A stretch of DNA of 62,112 bases from Deltaproteobacteria bacterium (GCA_015492495.1 WGEY01000043.1:1-62112); one strand, 5' to 3'; positions 23,099-33,081 are shown, numbered from the stretch's first letter. The notes: generated by a model not told the origin, from the sequence alone. A program made the numbers and translations.

Positions 23099-24814
23099 AT
23101 GCGCCTTAAGAAGATGTTTCTGCCCACGTTGAAGGAGTCTCCGGCAGACGCCGAGGTGGCAAGCCACAGGCTCATGGTGAGGGCCGGAATGATAAGGAGG
23201 GTGGCCGCAGGGGTGTACAGCCTCCTCCCGTTGGGTCTGCGTGTCGTACGGAATGTAGAAAGGATAGTACGCGAGGAGATGACAAGGGCCGGGGCCCAGG
23301 AGGTGACGATGCCTTTCGTCCTTCCAGCTGAACTCTGGAAGGAGAGCGGCAGATGGGAGGTATACGGCAAGGAGATGCTCCGTTTCAGGGACCGCCATGA
23401 CAGGGAGTTCTGCCTCGCCCCGACTCACGAGGAGGCCATAACCGACATGGTGAGGGGCGAGGTGCGCTCGTACAGGGAGCTTCCGGTCAACCTCTACCAG
23501 ATACAGACGAAGTTCCGCGACGAGATCCGTCCCCGCTTCGGGCTTATGAGGGCGCGGGAGTTTATAATGAAGGACGCCTACTCGTTCCATGCGACCGAGG
23601 AGAGCGCCGAAGAAGAATACAGGAACATGTACGAGACGTATTCGAGGATCTTCGAGAGGTGCGGGCTGGAGTTCAGGGCCGTCGAGGCCGAGACCGGCCC
23701 CATCGGCGGCTCCTTCTCCCATGAGTTCATGGTGCTCGCCGACACGGGGGAGGACGCCGTGGCCAGTTGCACGGGCTGCGGCTATGCCGCCAACATAGAG
23801 AGGGCCGAAATAGGAGGACGCCCCAGAGGTTCGACCCGGGTAGTGACTGAACCGGGAAAGATTGAAAAGGTCTCCACACCGGGGATGAAGAGCGTTGAAG
23901 AGGTGAGCGGTTTCCTGAAGGTCCGGCCTTCGGCGCTCATAAAGACCCTCATCTACACGACCGAAAGTGGAGTGATCGCAGCCCTCGTAAGGGGTGACTG
24001 CGAGTTGAACGAGTCGAAGCTCAAGCGGGTGCTCGGCACCGCGACACTTGTCCTTGCGGATGAAGAGACCGTGAAGCAGGCGACCGGCGCGCCGGTGGGC
24101 TTTGCCGGGCCGGTCGGACTCAAGATACCGGTGTACGCCGACCGGGGTGTCAAGGATATAACCTCAGGGGTCACCGGTGCGAACGAGGCCGATGCACACC
24201 TGGTTAACGTTGTGCCCGGAAGGGACTTCGATGCCACCTATGCGGACCTGAGGGTGGTGAGGGAAGGTGATCCTTGTCCGAGGTGTGCCGCCGCCTTCGA
24301 GATAAGAAGGGGCATAGAAGTGGGGCATATCTTCAAGCTCGGCACAAAGTACAGCGAGGCCATGGGCGCGACATTCCTCGACGAAAAGGGTGTTGAAAGA
24401 CCGCTCATCATGGGCTGTTACGGCATCGGCATAGGCAGGACGGCCGCGGCGGCCATAGAGCAGAACCACGATGATTACGGCATTATCTGGCCCGCACCGC
24501 TCTCGCCCTTCCATTGCCACATGGTGCCTGTGAACGTGAACGACAGAGAGACGCTGGAGGTCTCCGAGAGGCTGTACTCAGAGCTCGTCGAACAAGGCTG
24601 CGAGGTGTTGTACGACGACAGGGATGAGAGGGCCGGGGTGAAGTTCAAGGACGCGGACCTGATAGGCATACCCGTACGGATCACCATAAGCTCGCGGACC
24701 ATCGCACAGGGCTCTGTCGAGGTGAAAGAGCGCAGCTCCGGAGAGGTGAGGCTCGTAAGGATAGAGGACGTGGCCCGCGATATCCGCGGTCTTTTCGACA
24801 AGGGAAAAAACTGA
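23099..24814 (+). CDS. proS: Proline--tRNA ligase (bacterial type with INS editing domain).
   Basis: FRDEIRPRFGLMRAREFIMKDAYSFH, which is class II motif 2. 571 aa. Confidence 0.97.
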   Translation: MRLKKMFLPTLKESPADAEVASHRLMVRAGMIRRVAAGVYSLLPLGLRVVRNVERIVREEMTRAGAQEVTMPFVLPAELWKESGRWEVYGKEMLRFRDRHDREFCLAPTHEEAITDMVRGEVRSYRELPVNLYQIQTKFRDEIRPRFGLMRAREFIMKDAYSFHATEESAEEEYRNMYETYSRIFERCGLEFRAVEAETGPIGGSFSHEFMVLADTGEDAVASCTGCGYAANIERAEIGGRPRGSTRVVTEPGKIEKVSTPGMKSVEEVSGFLKVRPSALIKTLIYTTESGVIAALVRGDCELNESKLKRVLGTATLVLADEETVKQATGAPVGFAGPVGLKIPVYADRGVKDITSGVTGANEADAHLVNVVPGRDFDATYADLRVVREGDPCPRCAAAFEIRRGIEVGHIFKLGTKYSEAMGATFLDEKGVERPLIMGCYGIGIGRTAAAAIEQNHDDYGIIWPAPLSPFHCHMVPVNVNDRETLEVSERLYSELVEQGCEVLYDDRDERAGVKFKDADLIGIPVRITISSRTIAQGSVEVKERSSGEVRLVRIEDVARDIRGLFDKGKN

Positions 24815-24899
24815 CCCGTCCGTGTTGTGCCGTGTGATTTTTCGGCTATTATTGTAGTAACGCGGCGGGATCTTCTGGTTCCCGGAGCAGGCAAGGACC

Positions 24900-25538
24900 A
24901 TGGCTGAACGGAGGTACATCCTTTACCCTGTATGGGACCCTCTTCTGAGGGGGGTTCACTGGTGGAACGTACTTACGCTTTGCGGCCAGCTTGTAACCGG
25001 AGCCTTCATCTTGTATCTCGGCGAAGAGCTCGACCATATGGACCATGAGGGCCTCGTAGGGATCCATCTCGTCTTCGGATACCTCTTTGCGGCAGGGCTT
25101 CTCGTGCGTACCCTGTGGCTCTTCACCGGACCGGAGAGCGCAAGGTTGAGGGACCTTCTGCCCGTAACCAGGGCCGGTCGGAGGGTCCTTTGGGAGACGG
25201 TCCGTTTTTATCTCGGGCTTCTCAGGGGGACCCCGCCTCTGTACAGGGCGCACAACCCGTTTGCAGGGATCGTCTATTGCATCTTCTTCCTTGTTGCATG
25301 GTTCCAGGTCGTAACAGGTGCGATGACGCTCAAGCTTGCCGCGGCTCTCAGGGAGGATTCCGCGCTCCTGGAGCTCCACGAGGCCGGCTTTTTCCTCATC
25401 GTACTGTTCATAGCCGCCCATCTTGCGGCCGTATTCATTCATGAGTTGGTGGAACGGAGGGGGCTTGTTTCCGCCATGGTACACGGCTGTAAGATCTTTA
25501 CCGATGAGGAGATCGAAGCGCTTGAGGGCGAGCCGTGA
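24900..25538 (+). CDS. Membrane b-type cytochrome (cytochrome b561 / Ni-Fe hydrogenase b-subunit-like).
   Basis: Four TM helices with conserved His residues (VHWWNVL, IHLVFGY, RAHNPFAG, AAHLAAVFIHE). Confidence 0.7.
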   Translation: MAERRYILYPVWDPLLRGVHWWNVLTLCGQLVTGAFILYLGEELDHMDHEGLVGIHLVFGYLFAAGLLVRTLWLFTGPESARLRDLLPVTRAGRRVLWETVRFYLGLLRGTPPLYRAHNPFAGIVYCIFFLVAWFQVVTGAMTLKLAAALREDSALLELHEAGFFLIVLFIAAHLAAVFIHELVERRGLVSAMVHGCKIFTDEEIEALEGEP

Positions 25539-25630
25539 GGCGGCGGGCGGCTTGCCGGAGCTGTACACAACGGTTCAAACCTTAACCGGCTGGACCCGTC
25601 GCCATGAGCTTCTACAAGCAGGAGGTCTTT

Positions 25631-26146
25631 ATGAACGGCAAGGTGAATATCGTCTTCGGGCTTCTGTACTTCGCAGCAACGGCCCTCTTGGGTCCGGTGC
25701 TGCTTGTTCCCGGAAAGGGCGGAAACTTCCAGAAGATGGCCGAGGCCACCAGGGCGGTAGAGAAGGTCCGGACGGAGTCGGCCGGGGGTGCGCCGTCCAT
25801 GGAATCACTCGGTGAGGCGGTCACCGGGATCATGGATTACCTGAAGGACATTAACAGGATCGGGTTCGTCAAGAGTGCGGCCCATGCCCATGGAAACCTG
25901 GAGGCCCTCCTGAACGTCGTGGCCGGGCTCGTGATACTCACGCTCGTGGTGCCTTCGAGCTACAAGACCGTACTGAGCCTCCTCTTCCTGATAGGTGCCG
26001 TCTTTCATTCAGGGATGCTCTACCTCGTTTCCGTCTTCGGCATCCGCTGGGCGGGCAACCTCACCTTCATCGGTGCCGTGGCCATCATCGCCGGGCTCGT
26101 GCTCCTCGGCGCGGCGAGCATAGTCGGGATCAGGAAGGCCGGTTGA
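25631..26146 (+). CDS. Hypothetical four-TM membrane protein.
   Basis: AGGAGG 5 nt upstream of the ATG at 25631. Contains an AHAHGNLEALLN motif in a predicted helix. No family recognised. Confidence 0.5.
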   Translation: MNGKVNIVFGLLYFAATALLGPVLLVPGKGGNFQKMAEATRAVEKVRTESAGGAPSMESLGEAVTGIMDYLKDINRIGFVKSAAHAHGNLEALLNVVAGLVILTLVVPSSYKTVLSLLFLIGAVFHSGMLYLVSVFGIRWAGNLTFIGAVAIIAGLVLLGAASIVGIRKAG

Positions 26147-26252
26147 GGTCCTTCTCACCCTATAGAGCCCTATCGGTGTCTGTCGCTTTTCCCATCCGTG
26201 TTACTTCACTCCGAAAGAGAGCGGCCTGAGGATGGTACAGATTGAGGCTTGA

Positions 26253-26343
26253 TTGAAGCCCATCGAGCGGGCTCAGGTCTGCCCGTAGCAGACAGGGAAT
26301 CTTCTCATGTAAGGAATTATACGATTATATTTCGCTTGCTGAC
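26253..26343. repeat. Inverted-orientation copy of the right half of the intergenic repeat at 50330..50495.
   Basis: The sequence ttgaagcccatcgagcgggctcaggtctgcccgtagcagacagggaatcttctcatgtaaggaattat closely matches the reverse complement of 50412..50495. Confidence 0.6.
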
Positions 26344-26439
26344 CCCGTGTTTGCACGTCTGCGCAGGAAGGTTCCTATATTGCAAACGCAGGGTTTGTAC
26401 GGCATGAGCTAAGAGCGTGTCTAAATACCAGATACTGGA

Positions 26440-27162
26440 GTGTGCCGGGCCATGATAGCCATGATAGTGATGACGAATCTCGTAGAGGAGCCCTCTTTCA
26501 GGAACATGCTCCATGTCTTCAGGGACAGGCGTGATGCCGGAAAAAGGCTTGCCTCTAAGCTGTCTTCATACAAGGGGAAGGAGTGCATGGTGCTCGGCAT
26601 ACCATCGGGCGGCGTACCGGTTTCGCTGGAGGTGGCAAGAAGGCTGCGCGCGGAGCACGATGTCATCATCGTGAAGAAGATTCAACTGCCCTGTAACACC
26701 GGGGCCGGATTCGGAGCGGTCGGTCCAGGAGGGGATGTCTTCTTGAACGAATTCCTGCTCGATCACATGAACCTGACCCGGAAGGAGATCGAGGACGAGA
26801 TAGGAAAGGCCATGGCTACCATAAAAAGCAGGGAAAGGCTCCTTCGCGGCAACAGGCCCTTTCCCTCGCTCAGGGACAGAACCGTCATTGTCGCTGACGA
26901 CGGGCTCGCATCAGGTTACACTATGCTTTCGGCCATCGAGTTCCTGAAACGCTGCAGCCCCGCCAGGATCATCGTAGCCGTACCCACTGCATCATTGAGG
27001 GTCGTCGAGTTGATCTCCCCGAGGGTCAACGAGCTCATCTGCCTGAACGTGAGGACCGGACCGTTCTTTGCCGTGGCCGACGCCTACCGGAGGTGGCGCG
27101 TGTTCGGTGACGACGAGGTCTTCGGTATGCTCGAGGACTTCCGCAAGGAGCGCATGAGGTGA
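26440..27162 (+). CDS. Phosphoribosyltransferase-domain protein.
   Basis: PRPP-binding loop TVIVADDGLASGYTM. Start is uncertain (26440 or the ATG at 26470). Confidence 0.8.
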   Translation: MCRAMIAMIVMTNLVEEPSFRNMLHVFRDRRDAGKRLASKLSSYKGKECMVLGIPSGGVPVSLEVARRLRAEHDVIIVKKIQLPCNTGAGFGAVGPGGDVFLNEFLLDHMNLTRKEIEDEIGKAMATIKSRERLLRGNRPFPSLRDRTVIVADDGLASGYTMLSAIEFLKRCSPARIIVAVPTASLRVVELISPRVNELICLNVRTGPFFAVADAYRRWRVFGDDEVFGMLEDFRKERMR

Positions 27163-27254
27163 AGCGTCCTCTCCTTGCCCATGAGACGTTGGCGAAGCCT
27201 GGCCGCCGCAAGATGCACAGCCGCCATACCTTCTTCGGAGAGCATCCTCTCTAT

Positions 27255-27467
27255 TTAACCGGCAGATCCAGATCCACAGGCCGCCGTTCCTTTAGCAACC
27301 GAGTCACCCGGCGACTCGATTTTCTCTGAAATATCCGGGATCGTATTGAAATGGCCACGTATTGTGGTATAATCCTCTAAGTTTTTCACATCCGGTTTGC
27401 CATCCGGCAGATTCCTCTTTGGAATATCATCCATCCAGAGTCTGATCTCGTCAAATCGTATATGCAT
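27255..27467 (-). CDS. Orphan hypothetical ORF in a visibly AT-richer patch.
   Basis: Translation MHIRFDEIRLWMDDIPKRNLPDGKPDVKNLEDY.... No recognisable family and no clear RBS. Confidence 0.2.
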   Translation of the reverse strand: MHIRFDEIRLWMDDIPKRNLPDGKPDVKNLEDYTTIRGHFNTIPDISEKIESPGDSVAKGTAACGSGSAG

Positions 27468-27738
27468 TCGGCCGTGCGGATCCTTGGTGGCTTCCCGACC
27501 ACATGAGTGTGTCCTTGCGCGAAATAAGCGCATGGCTGCTGTACGGGGCTACTGCTGTGACACAGTTATGGACCACGGTCTGCTGGCTGACTATTAAGGG
27601 CGTGGTCCCCGGTGCTCACTCGGTGGAAGGATCTACCCACCGGGTATCCCATGGGATGGGCATAGGTCGGGTCTACGCGGTAGGCGCTTCGGAAGTGGGG
27701 CAGAGCAGCCCGAAAGGCTTTAAGGGATAGGGTGCGTT

Positions 27739-28899
27739 ATGGCAGGATCCGTGAAGAGAGGCCGTAAGAGTATAACGGGTGTGCAGCCCTACGGTGACCT
27801 TACCGGTCTCAACAGGTCAAGGGCGCTCCTGGATACCGTTGGCAGGGAAACGCTCGAGAGGATTGCGCTCAGCTACTTAGAGCTGCTGGACACCTCGTCG
27901 ACGGTATACGAGATCGACGGCGGTTACGCCATGATCGTTTTTACATCGTCGTATTGCCGGTTTCTTGACCATGCCTCGCGCCGCCTCTGCGATACGGATG
28001 ACAACGCCGAGGCCCTTGACTGCGGCAGGTGGCTGTGCCGCGAGTCGTGTTGGCGGGGGGCCTCGCTAAAGAGCATATTGACCGGCAAACCGGTTGATCT
28101 GCACGAGTGCGCGGGCGGAATAAACATCCACGCCGTCCCTATCAGATCCTGCGGTGAGGTGATCGGCTCCATAAATGTGGGCTATGGCAACCCTCCCACC
28201 GACCGAAGGACCGCCCGCAGGATCGCCTCCATGTACCGGGTCGACCCCGAGGACCTCCTTAACGTTGCACGTGAGTACAGGCCCCGCCCGGACTATATCG
28301 TCGACGCCGTCAAGAGGCATCTTTCGGTATCCGCCGAGCTCATAGGCGAGATATATGCACGCAAGAGGGCGGTTGAAGTCCTTAGGCACGAAAAGTACAT
28401 GGGGCACAAGTACCTGGATGTGGTGGGTGTAACCGTTGTCGTGTTGGATACGGAGCGCAGGGTCATGCTTGTCAACAGGAAGGGGTGTGAGGTCCTCGGA
28501 TATGAAGAACGGGATATACTCGGCAGGGAGTGGGTTGAGGGCTTCATTCCCGAAAGCGACAGGGTAGGGGCTGCGGACCTTCTGGACCGCATGATATCAT
28601 CCGGCAGGACCGGATCTTCCCAAGACTTTGAGTGCCCGGTCCTGACCGCTCTTGGCGAACAGAGGATCATGGCCTGGCGCAATACGGTGGTCGGGGATGA
28701 GTCCGGCCGTGTTATGGGCTTGCTCGCCTCCGGTGAGGATGTTACCGATCGAAAGCGCATGGAAAAGGAACTCAAGGATAAGATCGATGAACTCGAGCGT
28801 ATAAACAGGCTCATGGTAGGGAGGGAGCTGAAGATGGCGGAGCTGAGGGAAAGGCTCTATGATGCGGAGCAGAGGCTCCGCGAACTCGAGGAAGGTTGA
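27739..28899 (+). CDS. Cys-rich PocR-like sensory domain + PAS domain + C-terminal coiled coil, with no output domain.
   Basis: SYCRFLDHASRRLC...DCGRWLCRESCW...HECAGGINIHAVPI resembles PocR (tentative). A PAS region (VVVLDTERRVMLVNRKGCEVLGYEE) follows. It ends in KDKIDELERINRLM.... Confidence 0.7.
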   Translation: MAGSVKRGRKSITGVQPYGDLTGLNRSRALLDTVGRETLERIALSYLELLDTSSTVYEIDGGYAMIVFTSSYCRFLDHASRRLCDTDDNAEALDCGRWLCRESCWRGASLKSILTGKPVDLHECAGGINIHAVPIRSCGEVIGSINVGYGNPPTDRRTARRIASMYRVDPEDLLNVAREYRPRPDYIVDAVKRHLSVSAELIGEIYARKRAVEVLRHEKYMGHKYLDVVGVTVVVLDTERRVMLVNRKGCEVLGYEERDILGREWVEGFIPESDRVGAADLLDRMISSGRTGSSQDFECPVLTALGEQRIMAWRNTVVGDESGRVMGLLASGEDVTDRKRMEKELKDKIDELERINRLMVGRELKMAELRERLYDAEQRLRELEEG

Positions 28900-28903
28900 T
28901 GCG

Positions 28904-31066
28904 GTGGCCCTGCAACGGATGAGAAAACCCGATCTCATAAAAAGGATCAAGGAGCTTGAGGCTGAGATCTCAGGCCTCAGAGAGGAACTCGAGGTGTCCA
29001 GGATGAGGGAGCGGGACCTTGAGGAGACCCGCAAGGCCATGCTCTATCTTCTCGAAGACCTCAACAAGACCACCGAGGCAATAGAAAAGGCCAAGAAGGA
29101 GTGGGAGACGACCTTTGATGCGATAAACGATCCCCTGATGATACACGACAACGGGTTGAGGATTGTAAGGGCGAACAAGGCCTACAAGGAGATGGCGGGT
29201 AGGCCTTATAAGGAAATAATAGGCAGACCGTACTACAAGGTCTTTCCGGTGATGGATGGACCCTTTCCGCAGTGTCTCGAAGATGCCTCGCAGTGGGAGG
29301 AGAAGCAGGCTGAGACATGCCTTTCTCCATCCGGCAGGGTCTTCAGGACGAGGTTTTACCCGTTTAAGGACGAGAAGGGGCGGAACACCTACTTCATCCA
29401 CGTGATGGAGGATATCACAGAGGCAAAGCGGGCCGAGGAGAAGTTCAAGCAGAGCCTTGCCCAGATAAGGCAGGAGATGGAGATAACATCGAACCTGTTG
29501 ATGATAGCCGAGGCCACCTCCAACCACACGACCGAGATGGAGAGGCTCATAGAGGAGGTCATGCGATGCAGCTGCAGGATCGTAAGGAGCGATACATGCC
29601 TTTCCTACCTCTGGGACGGCGGTACCATGGTGTTCAGGCCCGTACACTGCTGCGGCCTTTCGCATGAGGTCATACCGTTTTTTAAGACCGAGCCGCTCTC
29701 CAGGGAGATCTCTTTTGTGAAGGAGGCCATGGAGGGACGGAGGTGGGTGCTCGTACAGCTTGAGAGGTTCACCGAAGAATGGGAACTGCTCAAGATGTTA
29801 GGCCCGATGGAGAGCGTGCTTGTGATCCCCTTTACCGGCAGGCACGATTACCTCGGCATAGTGTTCTGTTTTTACAACCGCCCGGTGGAGTTCGCCGAAA
29901 GGGAGAGGGCGCTCATATCGAGCATCTCCATGCAGGTCTCGGTGGCGCTCGAGGAGGCGAGGCTCTACAAGGATTCGCTCAACAGGACCATGGAGCTTTC
30001 GCGCAAGATCGAGACCATACGGGTGATGCACGAGATAGACCTTTCGCTTCTTTCCACGCTTGAGCCCAGGGAGGTGCTGGAAAGCGCTGTCAGGATGATA
30101 TCGAGGGTTATTTCCTGCGACAGGGCGACGATAGCCCTGGTGGACAGGGAAAATGGAAAGCTCTCCTATGCCGCGGGCTTCGGCATAGGGTTCATACCCA
30201 AGGGTACATGCGTGCCGTTTGAAGACACGAGCCTCTCTGAGGTCATAAGGACGGGGAGCCCGCAGTATGTGGCCGACCTTGTGGAGGAGAAGGAGCTTCT
30301 GCCGGTGGAAAGGGCGCTCGTCAAGGAGGGGTTCCTCTCGCACATAAGGGTACCTCTCTTTGTGAAGGGCGAGGTCATAGGCGTGCTGACCGTGGGGGCA
30401 AAGCGCTCGTCGGCCTTTTCATCCGAGGAGCTCTCCACGGTGGAGAAGATAGCCGCACAGCTCGCCGTGGCGCTCGAGAACGCGAGGCTCGTCGAGGACC
30501 TCGAGCAGCTCTTCATCGGGACCGTGCGCAGCCTCTCCGAGGCAGTAGACGCCAAGAGCAAGTGGACTGCCGGACACTCGAGACGGGTTACGGCCATCGC
30601 CCTTGACATCGGCAGGGAGCTGGCGCTGGACGATAAGAGCCTGAAGCGGCTCGAGCTTGCGGGGCTGCTCCATGATGTGGGCAAGATAGGCACGTATGAG
30701 CACATACTCGACAAGCCCGGGAAGCTGTCACAGGAGGAAGAGAAGATCATGAAAGAGCATCCGGTAAAGGGCGCCGGTATACTCAGGCCGATAAAGCAAC
30801 TGGCCGATATACTCCCCGCCATAAGGCATCACCACGAAAACCATGACGGCACCGGATACCCGGACGGCGTGAAGGGTGACGATATACCGCTCTTTGCGCG
30901 TATCCTTGCGGTGGCCGACACGGTCGATGCCATGGGCTCGGACAGGCCGTACCGCAAGGGAAGGGGGATGGATGTCATCGTCCAGGAGCTCAAGAGGTGT
31001 TCCGGCACGCAGTTCGATCCCCTGGTTGTCGACGCATTCATAAGGACGCTGGAAGTCAGGCTGTGA
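28904..31066 (+). CDS. PAS-GAF-GAF-HD-GYP protein (predicted c-di-GMP phosphodiesterase).
   Basis: HDVGKIG and HHENHDGTGYPDG. Start taken as the GTG at 28904 (GAGGAAGG 8 nt upstream, 5 nt after the upstream stop). Alternatives are the ATG at 28919 or 28859. Confidence 0.85.
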   Translation: MALQRMRKPDLIKRIKELEAEISGLREELEVSRMRERDLEETRKAMLYLLEDLNKTTEAIEKAKKEWETTFDAINDPLMIHDNGLRIVRANKAYKEMAGRPYKEIIGRPYYKVFPVMDGPFPQCLEDASQWEEKQAETCLSPSGRVFRTRFYPFKDEKGRNTYFIHVMEDITEAKRAEEKFKQSLAQIRQEMEITSNLLMIAEATSNHTTEMERLIEEVMRCSCRIVRSDTCLSYLWDGGTMVFRPVHCCGLSHEVIPFFKTEPLSREISFVKEAMEGRRWVLVQLERFTEEWELLKMLGPMESVLVIPFTGRHDYLGIVFCFYNRPVEFAERERALISSISMQVSVALEEARLYKDSLNRTMELSRKIETIRVMHEIDLSLLSTLEPREVLESAVRMISRVISCDRATIALVDRENGKLSYAAGFGIGFIPKGTCVPFEDTSLSEVIRTGSPQYVADLVEEKELLPVERALVKEGFLSHIRVPLFVKGEVIGVLTVGAKRSSAFSSEELSTVEKIAAQLAVALENARLVEDLEQLFIGTVRSLSEAVDAKSKWTAGHSRRVTAIALDIGRELALDDKSLKRLELAGLLHDVGKIGTYEHILDKPGKLSQEEEKIMKEHPVKGAGILRPIKQLADILPAIRHHHENHDGTGYPDGVKGDDIPLFARILAVADTVDAMGSDRPYRKGRGMDVIVQELKRCSGTQFDPLVVDAFIRTLEVRL

Positions 31067-33033
31067 GATTGAACCTGTCATGCAGGCTCGGCCTGTATAT
31101 TGGATGTATAGTTCTTTTAGGTACAGTGCTTCTGGTCTACCACAACTCGGTGTTTCATTCCGGCCTTGTGGAGGACACTGGGGTGAACGAGGCGGAACGG
31201 CTGGGCAGGCTCATCTTCGAGAACCTGTACACTTCGATGATGCTCGGCGGAGGCAAAGAGGAGACTATGGCCATAATCGAGAGGATCCGAGGTGTAGAGG
31301 GGATCGAGGAGGTACGGATAATACGCGGGCAGGCGGTCAGCAGGCAATTCGGTATTGACGTGGGCAGGGTGCCGCTGGATGAGCTCGACAGGGCCGCCCT
31401 TATGGGAAGCACGGTGAGTGCTGTGGAGAAGGAAGGCGGCTGGGTTGCGAGGCTGGTCATGCCCCTCTATGTAAAGGACGAGTGCACGGGGTGTCATGAC
31501 GCAGGCCCCGGCGAGGTGAGCGGCGCCATATCGGTCAGCTTGTCGCTGGAAGATGACAGAGAGCCCCTTGCAAAGCATGAGAGATACTTCATCGTCCTCG
31601 GCGGCGTTGTCTTTTTAGGGATAACGGCCTCGGTTCTCTTCACAGTCCGCAGGAGGCTCGTTACGCCTTTGACCGGATTGCGGAAGGGGGCTGAGGCCCT
31701 ATCCGAAGGCGACTTTTCATACCGGGTGGGGATAACCTCGGGCGACGAGATGGAGGAGGTCGGCGCGGCCTTTGACGCCATGGCCGCGCGCCTGCATGAG
31801 ACGACCGATAGGCTCAAGGCCCTGAGCGAAAAGCACTCAAAGCTCGTGGAGATGGCTGCGGATGCGATAATACTCCACGAGGCCGATACCAAACGGATAG
31901 TTGAGGCGAATCCGGCGGCCGAGGCGCTTACGGGTTATTCCCGCCAGGAACTTTTGGACATGGATGTAGAGGCCCTCTATCCGAAAGACAGGCTGGACGA
32001 GTACAGGATGCTGCGTACAAGGTGGTTGCAGGACGGCAAAGGGTACTTTGTGGAGGCGCCTATTGTGAGAAAGGACGGCTCCTTGACGCAGGTGGAGGTT
32101 GCGGCATCCGTTGTTGAATTCGGGAAAAGGGTGTTTCTGCAGGAGATATGGAGGGACCTCTCGGAGAGGAAGGGTTTTTACGAGACCCTCAGAAGATACG
32201 CCGAAGAGCTGGAAGATAAGGTGGAGGAGAGGACCTCTGAGCTCAACAGATCCCTGAAGGAGATGGAGAGCTGCAAGAACGAGCTCGAGGAGGCATGCAG
32301 GAGGCTGAAGGAGTCGGAGAAGACCCTTGTGCAGACCGTAAAGATGGCCACACTCGGTGAGCTCGGTGCCGGGATCGCGCATGAGCTAAACAGCCCCCTT
32401 GCCGGTATCCTCTCGATAACAGAGGTCCTGCTCAAGAGGACGGACAAGGAGGATCCGAAGCATCATCTGCTCGAGAAGATAAAGGATGCTGCGGTGCGGT
32501 CAAAGTACATAATAGAGGACCTCCTTACCTACTCCATGCCCTCGAGGGCCCAAACCAGGCCGACTTCTCTGAACGATGTGGTTAGGGCCACTCTTTCCCT
32601 GTTCATCTCCGAGATCAAGACCAAGCCCCTGGATATCACCGAGGAGTTCGATCCGGACCTCCCGGCGGTGGTCGCGAACAAAGGGCAGCTCATGGAGGTT
32701 TTTCTCAACATCATGAAGAACGCGAGGGATGCTATGGGCGGGCGGGGCAGGCTCGCCGTAAGGACCCGGGCGGTTGAAGAGGATGGCGGACGGTCGGCGG
32801 TCGTCGAGGTGGAGGACTCGGGGCCAGGCATACCAGAAGAGATAAGGGACAGGATATTCGATCCCTTCTTTACCACGAAAGAAAAGGGCGGGGGGCTGAA
32901 CGTGGGGCTCGGGCTTTCTATAAGCCACGGCATCGTCAAGGCGCACGGCGGCCGGATCGAGGTTGAGAGCGAAGAGGGAAAGGGGACGCTTTTCAGGGTG
33001 ATACTGCCGGCTGCGACCGATGAGAGCGCGTAG
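31063..33033 (+). CDS. Sensor histidine kinase with an N-terminal CxxCH (haem-c type, DUF3365-like) sensor, then HAMP, PAS and HisKA-HATPase.
   Basis: DECTGCHD in the extracytoplasmic segment between two TM helices. H-box IAHELNSPLAGI, N-box LNIMKNARDAM and G-box VEDSGPGIP. The GTG start overlaps the upstream stop (GTGA). Confidence 0.85.
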   Translation: MRLNLSCRLGLYIGCIVLLGTVLLVYHNSVFHSGLVEDTGVNEAERLGRLIFENLYTSMMLGGGKEETMAIIERIRGVEGIEEVRIIRGQAVSRQFGIDVGRVPLDELDRAALMGSTVSAVEKEGGWVARLVMPLYVKDECTGCHDAGPGEVSGAISVSLSLEDDREPLAKHERYFIVLGGVVFLGITASVLFTVRRRLVTPLTGLRKGAEALSEGDFSYRVGITSGDEMEEVGAAFDAMAARLHETTDRLKALSEKHSKLVEMAADAIILHEADTKRIVEANPAAEALTGYSRQELLDMDVEALYPKDRLDEYRMLRTRWLQDGKGYFVEAPIVRKDGSLTQVEVAASVVEFGKRVFLQEIWRDLSERKGFYETLRRYAEELEDKVEERTSELNRSLKEMESCKNELEEACRRLKESEKTLVQTVKMATLGELGAGIAHELNSPLAGILSITEVLLKRTDKEDPKHHLLEKIKDAAVRSKYIIEDLLTYSMPSRAQTRPTSLNDVVRATLSLFISEIKTKPLDITEEFDPDLPAVVANKGQLMEVFLNIMKNARDAMGGRGRLAVRTRAVEEDGGRSAVVEVEDSGPGIPEEIRDRIFDPFFTTKEKGGGLNVGLGLSISHGIVKAHGGRIEVESEEGKGTLFRVILPAATDESA

Positions 33034-33081
33034 CCGTCGACTCGCCCGCAGCCTGCAGAAGGGGGCTCAAAGCGGCAGGGG

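Noticed and set aside
28859-28903. The ATG at 28859 as the start of the HD-GYP gene, overlapping the upstream gene by 41 nt.
   Set aside because: There is no RBS, and it would give a long overlap. The GTG at 28904 has GAGGAAGG at the proper distance and lies just past the upstream stop. The choice remains uncertain.
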